This document shows positions 55,571 through 64,000 of a stretch of 64,000 nucleotides of DNA, piece after piece. The notes under the pieces were generated by a model. The model ran no database searches and was not told where the DNA came from. It saw only the letters and a list, made by a program, of their open reading frames with translations. The stretch is from NCBI GenBank assembly GCA_963793265.1, contig CAWBZI010000006.1, positions 704,001-768,000 of the forward strand, written 5' to 3'. Both the position numbers and the translations under genes were made by a program. Source of the DNA: an uncultured cyanobacterium (GTDB lineage Bacteria; Cyanobacteriota; Cyanobacteriia; Phormidesmidales; Phormidesmidaceae). The stretch's first letter is position 1. Each line of letters opens with the position of its first letter.

Positions 55571-57620
55571 CAATAGCCTCGTTCGCCTGCACCTTAGCCC
55601 GACTAAAAACCTGTTCTTTGTGCAACGTTTGGGGCTCTTCCTGCGCAGCTTTTACAGTTTGAATCATCTGGCTTTTAGCCTCCTTCAACTTAGCCCCTTG
55701 TACGTCTACTCGATAGCGCAAAGGCGACAGGTAAACCTGAATACCCCGCTCAAAGCAGCGCTGATTGAACGCGCCGAGTGCCGCCTTTTTACTCTCAAGA
55801 ACCTGTTCTTCCTGAGTCGCTTCTAGCATCCCAGAAAATCCTAAGAAAGCCAGCCGATAAACCAACTCGCGGCTGTATTTACCCCTAAAGTAGCCGCCGT
55901 GAACATCTCGCTTGCCAGTTATCATGTCAAACAATAAGCCCGCATAGTCCTGCAGCGATAGAAATTCTCGCTTTCCTTTGTTCTTTCTGGGCCGAGTCAG
56001 TACGCCATCTACATTTTCAGAAGTCTTATTCATGCCACCTTCTGTCAAAATTACCACGTTGTCCTGGTAATCAGTACAATCAAAAAAGGTGAATAAGTCA
56101 GCCAGTGTAGCCCGAGATTCTGTTTGGTGCTCGTGAGCAAATAGCGCTTCTAGCGTTTGAAAGCGATCGCCGCCCTTACCCTTTCTCACGCCAGTTACCA
56201 AACGCTGCAAAATATCCCAAGGGTCTTCTCTAACCGCATCATAAAGCGACTTTTCAGGCGTATAGTACTTGTTCAAATTGTCTAGGTTGATGATACCTTT
56301 GCCGTACCTATCATCGCGTAGCGCAACGCTACCTAGCCGATGACCGTGGTCTTGGCGAGCGCTGGGAAAAGAAATGTAGTTCGCAGCAGTTGAGGCTAGC
56401 TTAAGGGCCAAATCGCCTTCGCTGCTGAACAGATAAGCCTCGTCAAATCGACGTAGTGAAGAGGCCAAACCATTTGCGCGGCTAGAGACGACAGAGAGTA
56501 CAGGAATATCAGGTGAAGCGAGGATCAACCGGCCTAGCCGCAGGGTATTGCCGATTTTAGATGAGGGGTTCTGTGCAATAGAGCCGTGGTCGAACACATC
56601 TGAGAGAATTCTGACAACGTTCGTAATTACTAGCCCGCCCATACTGTGTCCGACAAAGCTGAGCGTGACTCGCTTGCAGTCGGCAATATCCGAGCACTTG
56701 TCCGAGGCTAAAGCATCGATCGGCACGGCATAGACAGTTGAAGGTTCGTTTTTCTCAAGATCGTAAACGGCTTTGTCTATCTGTCTAATTAGCTCTGTAA
56801 GATCAGGAACGGCAAAGTTAATGGCGCGGTAAACATCTCGAAAATAAACAGAGAGTCGAAGCAGTAAAAGAACAGCAATAGCAAAAGGCACTATCAAAGC
56901 TAGGCCAAATAGCAGCTTTGAGCTGATAATAAAGGCTGCTTGAACGATTCTTCCGAAGGGGCCGATTTCGTTCCCACTCATCGCGCTCATTACAGTATCA
57001 AGGAACCGAATTAAGAAAGAGGGAGAGCTGACGAGCTGAAGCGATCGCGCCACTTCTAGCACCATATCGCCAATACCAAACACCAACAAAACCAGGCCAA
57101 TCGTCAGTATCGCTTTAGGCACATCAGGCAGCGCTCTCAGGTTTCCATACAGCGGCACAAACCCACGAGAAATCTGTTCTGAAGACCATCGATAGCCTAC
57201 AAATACCAGATTGGACTTACCCGAAATCTTGTCGTCTTTGTAGGCCGCATAGCGAAAGATATCGTTGTACCACTCCTTAATGCCTTTTTCGGCTGTGTTG
57301 TAGCCGTGAACCGAGATTACAAGCTGAGGGGGCTCAGAAATAGTCGGATCGTTTTTAATATTGTGGAGGTGCCGGGCGATCGCCTGAATGCCCATCTCGG
57401 CCTGCGCTGGAGAATTTGACACAGCCGACTCAGGCAATACTTTGTCGTCAATATTGTAAGGCGCAGTGCTCGTCACCGCATATCCAGCCACCTTCGCATC
57501 AACAATATGGCCATGCGAGCCTTCAAAGTCAGGGTCAAAGCATTTTACAGGCATTCTTGACACCTGCTTTTTACCGGCACGTAAAACTATCTTTTCAATT
57601 CTAAAGGGGGCGATTTTCAT
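55536..57620 (-). CDS. Alpha/beta hydrolase (DUF900-like) with inserted membrane helices
   Basis: SVHGYN, GYRWSS, GHSMG, LASPDI, DVHGGYF. Two hydrophobic helices lie between the oxyanion and nucleophile motifs. Confidence 0.75.
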   Translation of the reverse strand: MKIAPFRIEKIVLRAGKKQVSRMPVKCFDPDFEGSHGHIVDAKVAGYAVTSTAPYNIDDKVLPESAVSNSPAQAEMGIQAIARHLHNIKNDPTISEPPQLVISVHGYNTAEKGIKEWYNDIFRYAAYKDDKISGKSNLVFVGYRWSSEQISRGFVPLYGNLRALPDVPKAILTIGLVLLVFGIGDMVLEVARSLQLVSSPSFLIRFLDTVMSAMSGNEIGPFGRIVQAAFIISSKLLFGLALIVPFAIAVLLLLRLSVYFRDVYRAINFAVPDLTELIRQIDKAVYDLEKNEPSTVYAVPIDALASDKCSDIADCKRVTLSFVGHSMGGLVITNVVRILSDVFDHGSIAQNPSSKIGNTLRLGRLILASPDIPVLSVVSSRANGLASSLRRFDEAYLFSSEGDLALKLASTAANYISFPSARQDHGHRLGSVALRDDRYGKGIINLDNLNKYYTPEKSLYDAVREDPWDILQRLVTGVRKGKGGDRFQTLEALFAHEHQTESRATLADLFTFFDCTDYQDNVVILTEGGMNKTSENVDGVLTRPRKNKGKREFLSLQDYAGLLFDMITGKRDVHGGYFRGKYSRELVYRLAFLGFSGMLEATQEEQVLESKKAALGAFNQRCFERGIQVYLSPLRYRVDVQGAKLKEAKSQMIQTVKAAQEEPQTLHKEQVFSRAKVQANEAIATPLESVSSVG

Positions 57621-57942
57621 AGCTGTAGACGGGAGAGCGCAGCCAGACTTCGTTTCACTTTAAAAAGTAAAACAAAACCTGACTACAAAACAAACGTGCT
57701 TCCTGATGGTTATTCCCAAACTACTCTGCACTTGATAAACGGAGAATAAAGGTCTTATCAACTTTATTTGAAGCTTTTTCTATAACTTCAAACATTCGCT
57801 GACCTGAGAAATCCGAAGCAATCCGAACTATTCTCACAAATCGTTGCAAGTAACCGCAGGTAGTCGTAGAAACTACAGACCTCAGCACTGTCTATCTATC
57901 AGCGATCGCCCCACACTTTCTGCACATGTCCACTCGTACAGC

Positions 57943-59427
57943 TTACGAACCTACAGGCTCAGGAATCGTCACATCTAAAGGCACCAGTTCTGCACCTAAT
58001 GCGCTCAACGAAGGATCTATCTCCGCCATATTCCCCACGACTACCGTAATCAGCTTCTCTGGCATCAGTACCGCCTGAGCTGCCTCAAGCACCCCTTGAG
58101 CCGTCGCACTCTCTACTTGATCTCTAAACTGAAAAACAAAGTCTGATGGATAGTCGTAGTACTCATAGCGAATCAAGCGCGAAAGCGTCTGGTTAGGCGA
58201 CTGAAAATTGAACACAAAGCTATTGAGCACCGAATCTTTAGCAAAGGCCAGTTCCGTTTCAGTAATCGGCTGCTCGCGAACCTTCTCTAGCTCCTGATAC
58301 ATTGACTGAATAAATGGCACCGTCGCCTCAGAGCGCGTTTGCCCGCCACCGATAAAGATGCCGTTGTGGTCGTACCGAGGGCTCCAAAAGGCATACACGC
58401 TATAGGCCAAACCCTGCCGCGAGCGAATCTCGTTGAACAGTCTGCCCCCAAAGCCGTTAAGCACTTCGTTGAGCACAGCCATCTGGGCGTGATAGGGGCT
58501 GCTGAGTTCGCCGCCAATGTGACCAATATGAATGTAGCTTTGCGTAAGCTGCGGCTGATCGACAAAAAACAAACCGGCTTTTTGCTGTGAGCCCTCTGGC
58601 GGCTGAGGCACCGCCGCTACCGCGTCTGACTGCCATGCGCCCAGCGTGCTCGCAATCTGAGCCTTCATTACATCCGGGTCAAAGTCACCAACAATGCCCA
58701 AAATAGTGTTTTCTGGCGTGAGCGTGCGCTGATAGAAATTCACTGCATCTGCGCGGCTAATGTTCGCCAAATTGGCGTACTCTACCGTGCGAGCATAGGG
58801 GCTTTCCTCACCGTAAATCTGTTTGCTAAACTCTCTAGACACAATGTCGTCAGCGTCATCATTACGCCGAGCAATTCCACCTGCCGTACGGCTTTTAATC
58901 AGTTCAAACTGCTCCTCGTCAAAAGCAGGCTGAGTAATCACCTCAGCAAACAGGCCAAACACCGTTTCCAAGTCTTCGCTCAAAGACGAAAACCCGGCGC
59001 TACCGCTAGTGTCGCCAATACTGGTTTCTACCGAAGCGGCCTTTTGCTCCAAAATCTGATTTAGCTCACTAGGAGAATGGCGCTCGCTACCGCCCAAGCG
59101 CATGGCCTCGCCGGTAATGCCTGCAAGGCCCGCCTGCGGAGCATCCACCAAATAATCGCCCGTGCGGAAAGTCGCAGACCCGCTCACCAACGGGAGATCG
59201 TGATCTTCCATGAGGTAGACTACCAAGCCGTTTTCTAGCTCGTAGCGCTCGTATTCAGGAATTTGAATGTCGCCCAAGGGCGGAAACACAAGCTCCTCAT
59301 AAGGTTTAGCCTCAATTGCCTGCGCTGGACTGGGCCAGGATAGTGTCAGCAGCACCGTACAGGTAGCAGCAGCTAAAAACAAAAGCGGTAAAAGTTTTCT
59401 GCGAATGCGCCGTAAGTTCAAACCCAT
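57943..59427 (-). CDS. M16B peptidase, non-catalytic subunit, exported
   Basis: Signal peptide ending AQA; LENGL...EDHDLPLV, RLFNEIRSRQGLAYSV. No HxxEH. Confidence 0.9.
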   Translation of the reverse strand: MGLNLRRIRRKLLPLLFLAAATCTVLLTLSWPSPAQAIEAKPYEELVFPPLGDIQIPEYERYELENGLVVYLMEDHDLPLVSGSATFRTGDYLVDAPQAGLAGITGEAMRLGGSERHSPSELNQILEQKAASVETSIGDTSGSAGFSSLSEDLETVFGLFAEVITQPAFDEEQFELIKSRTAGGIARRNDDADDIVSREFSKQIYGEESPYARTVEYANLANISRADAVNFYQRTLTPENTILGIVGDFDPDVMKAQIASTLGAWQSDAVAAVPQPPEGSQQKAGLFFVDQPQLTQSYIHIGHIGGELSSPYHAQMAVLNEVLNGFGGRLFNEIRSRQGLAYSVYAFWSPRYDHNGIFIGGGQTRSEATVPFIQSMYQELEKVREQPITETELAFAKDSVLNSFVFNFQSPNQTLSRLIRYEYYDYPSDFVFQFRDQVESATAQGVLEAAQAVLMPEKLITVVVGNMAEIDPSLSALGAELVPLDVTIPEPVGS

Positions 59428-59493
59428 GTTTCTCTTGATAACTCGCCTAAAAATGACTAGAAGAATGACTGCAAAATTAATCAGTGGTTAGCG

Positions 59494-61272
59494 CTACCAC
59501 AAGCCTCTAACCGGCTCGGCGGCGGGCTCTATGGCGGGCTCTGGTGGCTGGGCTGAGCTAGTGCGATCGCCATCCAAACTCTCAGACGGTTCATTAGGCG
59601 GCTGCGTAGGCCCTTCAGGCGCTGTCCCTGGTGTGCCTTCATCAGGCGTCGGCACCGTTGGCTCTAGTGCTGGCTCTAATGGGGCGCTTTCCTCAGCAGA
59701 AATGAGCTTACCCACCGTCCGATTCTCAGGGCGGAAGGTTGCTCTAGCCACGCGCTGCACGTCAGCAGCACTCACCGCCTCAATTGCCTGAAGCTCTGCA
59801 AAAACATTGCGCCAGTCGCCCGTTTTAGCTTCGTACTCCGCCAGCAAACTTGCCATACCGTTATTAGAGTCCAATAGTCCTAATAATCCAGCTCTTGCCT
59901 GAGTCTTTACGCGCTCTAGCGTATCCACATCCACCGGCTCATCTTTCAACCGCTGAAGCTCTGCTTCCAAACCTATCGCAATTTCTTCGACGGTATGACC
60001 GGGCGCAGTTAACCCATACAGCAACAGCACCGAAGACTGCTTATCACCAGGAAATCCATTCGAGCTACCAATATCTAGCGCAATTTGAGGCTCCACAAGG
60101 GCCTTGTACAGGCGAGCAGTACGCCCCCCGGTCAAGATGCTGTCGATCATTGAGTACACCACATGATCAGAATCTTCAATCCCCGGTCGGTGAAAGCCCT
60201 CTAGATACCAGGGCTGCGAAATCAGCTCCAGCGTGAAATCGCGAGGCTCGTTTTGGTCAGACTTATCAACGTTCAATGCGGGCGGCGTTGCACGCGGCTG
60301 GTAGCGGCCAAAGTAAGCCTCTGCAAGCTGTCTTACCTGATTGGGATCTACGTCGCCCACAATCGCAGCAATTAGATTACTGGGGCCATAGTAAAGATCA
60401 AAAAAGGCTTGGACATCCGCGCGAGTCGCCTTGCGCAAATCTTCTTGATAGCCAATAACCGGACGGCGATAGGGGTTATTGGTAAAGGCTACTTCTGAGA
60501 AGCGCTCAACCATCTGGCCAATAGGCGAGTTGTCTACGCGCATTCGGCGCTCTTCGAGAATGACTTCTTTTTCTTTATAGAATTCTCTCAGTACCGGATC
60601 GAGAAAGCGCTCAGATTCAAGCGAGAACCACAGCTCTAGCTTATTAGAAGGCAGGCTATAAAAGTAGCGGGTAGCGTCGGCTGAGGTGGTGGCATTAAGG
60701 CCCGTGCCGCCCGCCTGCTCAATGATTTGACCAAATTTATTTTGCTCTACGTAAGAAGCAGCCTCGGCCTGAAGCGCTTCAAACTCGGCGGTCAGGGCGG
60801 CCATCTGAGCCTCGTCGCCTGATGCCTCTGCAGCTAGAAGCTGACTAAAAACCTCGTCGAGCTGGTCGAGAGCTGCTTTTTCGGCAGGATAGTTAGTGGT
60901 GCCGATGCGGGTAGTGCCTTTAAAGGCCAAATGCTCTAGGTAGTGAGCAACGCCAGTTTTACCATCTTCTTCATTTGCCGCGCCAACGTTGGCATACAGC
61001 ATCATCGAGACAACGGGGGCCTCGTGCTGCTCTAGCACGATAAACTTCATACCGTTATCTAGCGTAAATTCAGTGACTTCTTCGGCCACCCGGTCTAGAT
61101 AGGGCTGAATGGAGCTACCGGGCTGTTGTGCTAAAGCAGGCGGTGCGATCGCGCTGAGGCCAAACCAACAGGCCAGCGTCACTACAGCAATGCGATATGA
61201 CCATTGTGATAGGCGAAAAGAAGATAAAAGAAGAAAGGCCCTAGAAATTGTCAGGTAGCGGCAAAAACCCAT
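59494..61272 (-). CDS. M16B zinc peptidase, catalytic subunit, exported, with Pro-rich tail ending PVRGLW
   Basis: Signal peptide ending PALA-Q; GVAHYLEHLAFKGT (HxxEH), NATT, EERR. The start is uncertain (61272 or 61302). Confidence 0.92.
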   Translation of the reverse strand: MGFCRYLTISRAFLLLSSFRLSQWSYRIAVVTLACWFGLSAIAPPALAQQPGSSIQPYLDRVAEEVTEFTLDNGMKFIVLEQHEAPVVSMMLYANVGAANEEDGKTGVAHYLEHLAFKGTTRIGTTNYPAEKAALDQLDEVFSQLLAAEASGDEAQMAALTAEFEALQAEAASYVEQNKFGQIIEQAGGTGLNATTSADATRYFYSLPSNKLELWFSLESERFLDPVLREFYKEKEVILEERRMRVDNSPIGQMVERFSEVAFTNNPYRRPVIGYQEDLRKATRADVQAFFDLYYGPSNLIAAIVGDVDPNQVRQLAEAYFGRYQPRATPPALNVDKSDQNEPRDFTLELISQPWYLEGFHRPGIEDSDHVVYSMIDSILTGGRTARLYKALVEPQIALDIGSSNGFPGDKQSSVLLLYGLTAPGHTVEEIAIGLEAELQRLKDEPVDVDTLERVKTQARAGLLGLLDSNNGMASLLAEYEAKTGDWRNVFAELQAIEAVSAADVQRVARATFRPENRTVGKLISAEESAPLEPALEPTVPTPDEGTPGTAPEGPTQPPNEPSESLDGDRTSSAQPPEPAIEPAAEPVRGLW

Positions 61273-61395
61273 AGCAATCCAAAACTGCCCGATGAAAAAC
61301 ACTGCTATACAGCATAGGTTTTTTTGCCAGTTTTAGGGGTTTCTAATAGAGCAGCTATGTAAAACGGCCATTGCTTAATGCTTATTCATCAATCT

Positions 61396-61716
61396 TTAGT
61401 AGCTGCCATCTTTAGTCGCGGCAAGCTGCCATTCGGAGCGTTGACTGCGCTTGTAAGCGCTAAAGCCGTTGAGCAGTGAGGCCACAACGCCGAGGGTAAG
61501 GGCGATCGCAACCACGCCTTCTAGGCGATCGCCACCCCCAAATACCATCAAAAATCGACTCATCTGTTCGTATATAGGGTTTGAAATTATGCCAAGCGGC
61601 GATACATTAAGCGCCACTAGCACACCCAACAAGCAGCCCAGTACACTGACCGATAGCAAAAATCCAGCTACCAAAGTTACTGCTAGTGACCGAAGAAAAT
61701 GTAATAAGGTAGCCAT
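61396..61716 (-). CDS. Small hypothetical membrane protein
   Basis: Two hydrophobic helices around FLMVFGGG. ATG 61716 preferred. Confidence 0.65.
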   Translation of the reverse strand: MATLLHFLRSLAVTLVAGFLLSVSVLGCLLGVLVALNVSPLGIISNPIYEQMSRFLMVFGGGDRLEGVVAIALTLGVVASLLNGFSAYKRSQRSEWQLAATKDGSY

Positions 61717-61931
61717 GATGAGATAAAACGCAGTATTCGTTTTAAAAGCTTGGGTTCGACTCTCGAACACCATAAGAGATAAAACTGGCTATTAAGGTCA
61801 CCTGTGAGAAATCTTAAATTTTCATAAAACATCGTTGCTCTGTTCTCATTTAGCCTCTCATTTAGCCATACCCGTTTTGTACCTAGCTGTCTGTGCCTAG
61901 CCTATCTTCTTCAATCACATGAACGCGACCC

Positions 61932-62726
61932 ATGAGTCCTTCTCTTATTCCCACTAATCTTTCCCTCTGGCTAGGGCGGATGCTGTCCGCAATATTTCTC
62001 GGCGGGCAGGTACTCATCCACGTCATCTCTCGCCCTGTTCACCGCCGCAATACCATCGAGCAGATGGCCCTCGTCGGCCCAGGCTCTATCTTGATCTCGC
62101 TAGTTACTGCCTTTTTCGTCGCCATGGTCTTTACCATCCAGGTGGCCCGCGAGTTCATTACCTTTGGCGCAACCACGGCGATCGGTGGCGTTTTAGCGCT
62201 AACGTTGGCCCGAGAGCTTGCGCCCGTACTCACAGCAGTCGTACTGGCCGGGCGGGTGGGCTCAGCGTTTGCTGCCGAAATCGGTACGATGCGCGTTACC
62301 GAACAAATCGATGCGCTGCAAATGCTCAAAAGTGACCCAGTAGACTATCTTGTCATTCCTCGGGTCATCGCCTGCGCGTTGATGCTGCCCTCACTCAGCA
62401 TTTTGGCGTTTATTACCGGGATGACGGGCGGACTCATCGTCGCCACCAGCTTGTACGGCATTCCCGCCGCTGTGTTCTTAAATTCAGCCCGCAACTTTCT
62501 CACAACCTGGGACTTAGCGAGTGCGCTCATTAAAGCCGTCATCTTCGGCGTTTTAATTGCAGTCATCGGCTCAAGCTGGGGCCTCACCACCACGGGCGGC
62601 GCAAAAGGCGTTGGGCAATCTACCACGACAGCCGTAGTGACCTCTCTACTGGCTATTTTTATTACTAATTTCTTTCTCTCTTGGATGATGTTTCAGGGCA
62701 ACGGCAGCGCTTTTGTCGGAAACTGA
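61932..62726 (+). CDS. mlaE: MlaE/TGD1-type lipid ABC transporter permease
   Basis: RELAPVLTA, AGRVGSAFAAEIGTMRVTEQIDAL, GGAKGVG. Confidence 0.93.
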   Translation: MSPSLIPTNLSLWLGRMLSAIFLGGQVLIHVISRPVHRRNTIEQMALVGPGSILISLVTAFFVAMVFTIQVAREFITFGATTAIGGVLALTLARELAPVLTAVVLAGRVGSAFAAEIGTMRVTEQIDALQMLKSDPVDYLVIPRVIACALMLPSLSILAFITGMTGGLIVATSLYGIPAAVFLNSARNFLTTWDLASALIKAVIFGVLIAVIGSSWGLTTTGGAKGVGQSTTTAVVTSLLAIFITNFFLSWMMFQGNGSAFVGN

Positions 62727-62759
62727 GCCATCATTAGTTTTTCTCACGTCCTTAAAGCA

Positions 62760-63137
62760 ATGCCTTCAACCGCCTTCACCTCGACGCCGCTTACGCCTAG
62801 CTACAAGCTCCCAATCGCAATTACCTTACTCTCTATCCCTCTCCTATTCTTTCAGCTAGGAATCGGCCTTTTTGTAGCGCTGCTAGGGCTGTTTTTGCTC
62901 TACCAGACCACCACAATTCGTCTTATTTTCACAGACGTAGCGTTAGAGGTCAGACGCAACGAAAAAATCCTCAAAACTTTCCCCTATATAGACTGGGAGA
63001 ACTGGACAATTTTCTGGCCGCCCGTTCCTATCCTGTTCTACTTCAAAGAAGTTAACAGCATTCACTTCTTACCAATGCTTTTTAGCCCAACCGAGCTGAG
63101 AGAAAATTTAGAACAAATCAATTGCCAAACGTCTTAG
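62760..63137 (+). CDS. DUF3119 family protein
   Basis: ILFYFKEVNSIHFLPMLF; position between mlaE and plsY. Confidence 0.85.
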   Translation: MPSTAFTSTPLTPSYKLPIAITLLSIPLLFFQLGIGLFVALLGLFLLYQTTTIRLIFTDVALEVRRNEKILKTFPYIDWENWTIFWPPVPILFYFKEVNSIHFLPMLFSPTELRENLEQINCQTS

Positions 63138-63756
63138 GCTCAGTGCCCGTGAGCAGGCGAGAAATGTTGCTACGGTGGCGAAACACCACATAAAAGCCAC
63201 CTGCGCAGGCAAGCAAGATATAGGGGATTGGCTGCTGCATCGCGGCCATGAAGATAGCTGCCGAAAGCGCTGCGGCAATAGAACCCACTGAAACGGTGCG
63301 AGAGATCGCCAGCGCTGTGCCGAATACAGCCGCGACACTTAGCCCAACCGGCCACATCAGCGCCAGCAGCACGCCCAAACCCGTCGCCGCCGACTTGCCG
63401 CCTGCAAACCCTAGCCACACTGATTTGCTATGGCCTAGCACAGCTAGTAGCGCGGCCCCGACAGAAATCCAGGCGATCGCATCCCCTGACAGTCCCACCC
63501 CGCTCGCAGAACCCACCAGCGCGCGAATCATTAAAACCGCCGCGGCCCCTTTAATCAAATCAATCACCAGCGCCGTAATTCCCGCGCCTTTACCCACCAC
63601 CCGAAACACATTGGTCGCGCCCGTATTCCCAGAACCATGCTCGCGAATATCAATACCTCGCAGTGCCTTAGCTAACAAAAAGCCCGTTGGAATAGAGCCG
63701 AGCAAGTAAGCAGCCAGTAAACCTAGCAGCACGATCACAACAGTAAGCACAGGCAT
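63118..63756 (-). CDS. plsY: Glycerol-3-phosphate acyltransferase
   Basis: YLLGSIP, GSGNTGATN, GGKSAATG, RHRSNI. Confidence 0.95.
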   Translation of the reverse strand: MPVLTVVIVLLGLLAAYLLGSIPTGFLLAKALRGIDIREHGSGNTGATNVFRVVGKGAGITALVIDLIKGAAAVLMIRALVGSASGVGLSGDAIAWISVGAALLAVLGHSKSVWLGFAGGKSAATGLGVLLALMWPVGLSVAAVFGTALAISRTVSVGSIAAALSAAIFMAAMQQPIPYILLACAGGFYVVFRHRSNISRLLTGTEPKTFGN

Positions 63757-63827
63757 GGTGGGTCTTTTAACGTAGGTAGGGTGTATAAAATAATCAAACT
63801 AAATAATCGAATTAAAATAATCGAGCT

Positions 63828-64000
63828 TTAGTAGTAGTCGTAGTCGGCAGAAGGATTAGCTGGATCAGGCGCAAATCCCAACCAAAGCGGGAACTGAAGC
63901 AAAGACAGACTTACCTTATCTTCAGCTTCATCCATAATCAAAAAAGGAATTCGCCCGCTATCAAGTAACCGTTCAGCCCGTTGACTCATCGGCTCAGGGG
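63828..64000 (-). CDS. 3' end of DUF3086 domain protein (partial)
   Basis: ...AERLLDSGRIPFLIMDEAEDKVSLSLLQFPLWLGFAPDP...YY* directly upstream of plsY. Confidence 0.75.
   Translation of the reverse strand, partial: PEPMSQRAERLLDSGRIPFLIMDEAEDKVSLSLLQFPLWLGFAPDPANPSADYDYY

Larger units (their letters stand above)
1..64000. repeat. HIP1 octamer GCGATCGC dispersed throughout (dozens of copies)
   Basis: Examples near 965, 1212, 4681, 6478, 7320 and 9770; established cyanobacterial hallmark. Confidence 0.95.

Noticed and set aside
57855..57890. GTAGAAAC-containing hairpin as a Yfr2-like sRNA
   Set aside because: Lacks the repeated GGAAACA motif and overall structure of Yfr2.
1..64000. Many short ORFs in the supplied track overlapping longer genes (e.g. 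453-653, 2834-3067, 12805-13248, 37398-37862, 63248-63709)
   Set aside because: Antisense or off-frame shadows of well-supported CDSs with no recognisable motifs.
1..64000. CRISPR array, tRNA/rRNA, IS element or prophage
   Set aside because: No regularly spaced repeat-spacer units, no recognisable structural RNA, and no transposase, integrase or phage structural genes seen.

Overview
A 64-kb cyanobacterial chromosome segment, identified by the frequent HIP1 octamer GCGATCGC and cyanobacteria-typical genes (cphBA, agrE/argZ, DUF4327, Uma2, DUF3086-plsY-DUF3119-mlaE). It holds about 50 CDSs. I found no rRNA, tRNA, CRISPR array, IS element or prophage. Main blocks: (1) about 5-21 kb, a nitrogen-storage region encoding the whole cyanophycin -> beta-Asp-Arg -> Arg -> Orn -> Pro -> Glu route (cphB, cphA, isoaspartyl peptidase, agrE/argZ, putA) with candidate NtcA boxes, flanked by ppk2 and argC; (2) about 21-31 kb, mixed metabolic and signalling genes (RecD/Dda-like helicase, bicA, a class III cyclase with a tandem unknown domain); (3) about 31-52 kb, an envelope/stress region (exported acidic proteins, L,D-transpeptidase, a five-gene glycosyltransferase cluster, two paralogous hybrid kinases, sbcD, catalase); (4) about 52-64 kb, hydrolases, an exported M16 peptidase pair and lipid genes. 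The most intriguing signal is a C-terminal tag, R-[AG]-L-W-COOH after a disordered linker, shared by two unrelated signal-peptide proteins; it may be an uncharacterised envelope sorting or docking signal. Also seen: an antitoxin-like pseudogene missing from the ORF track, a HepT-like orphan with a degenerate active site, a half copper-storage gene, REP-like hairpins and many 10-17 bp tandem duplications. All family calls come from motif recognition by eye; no database searches were run.
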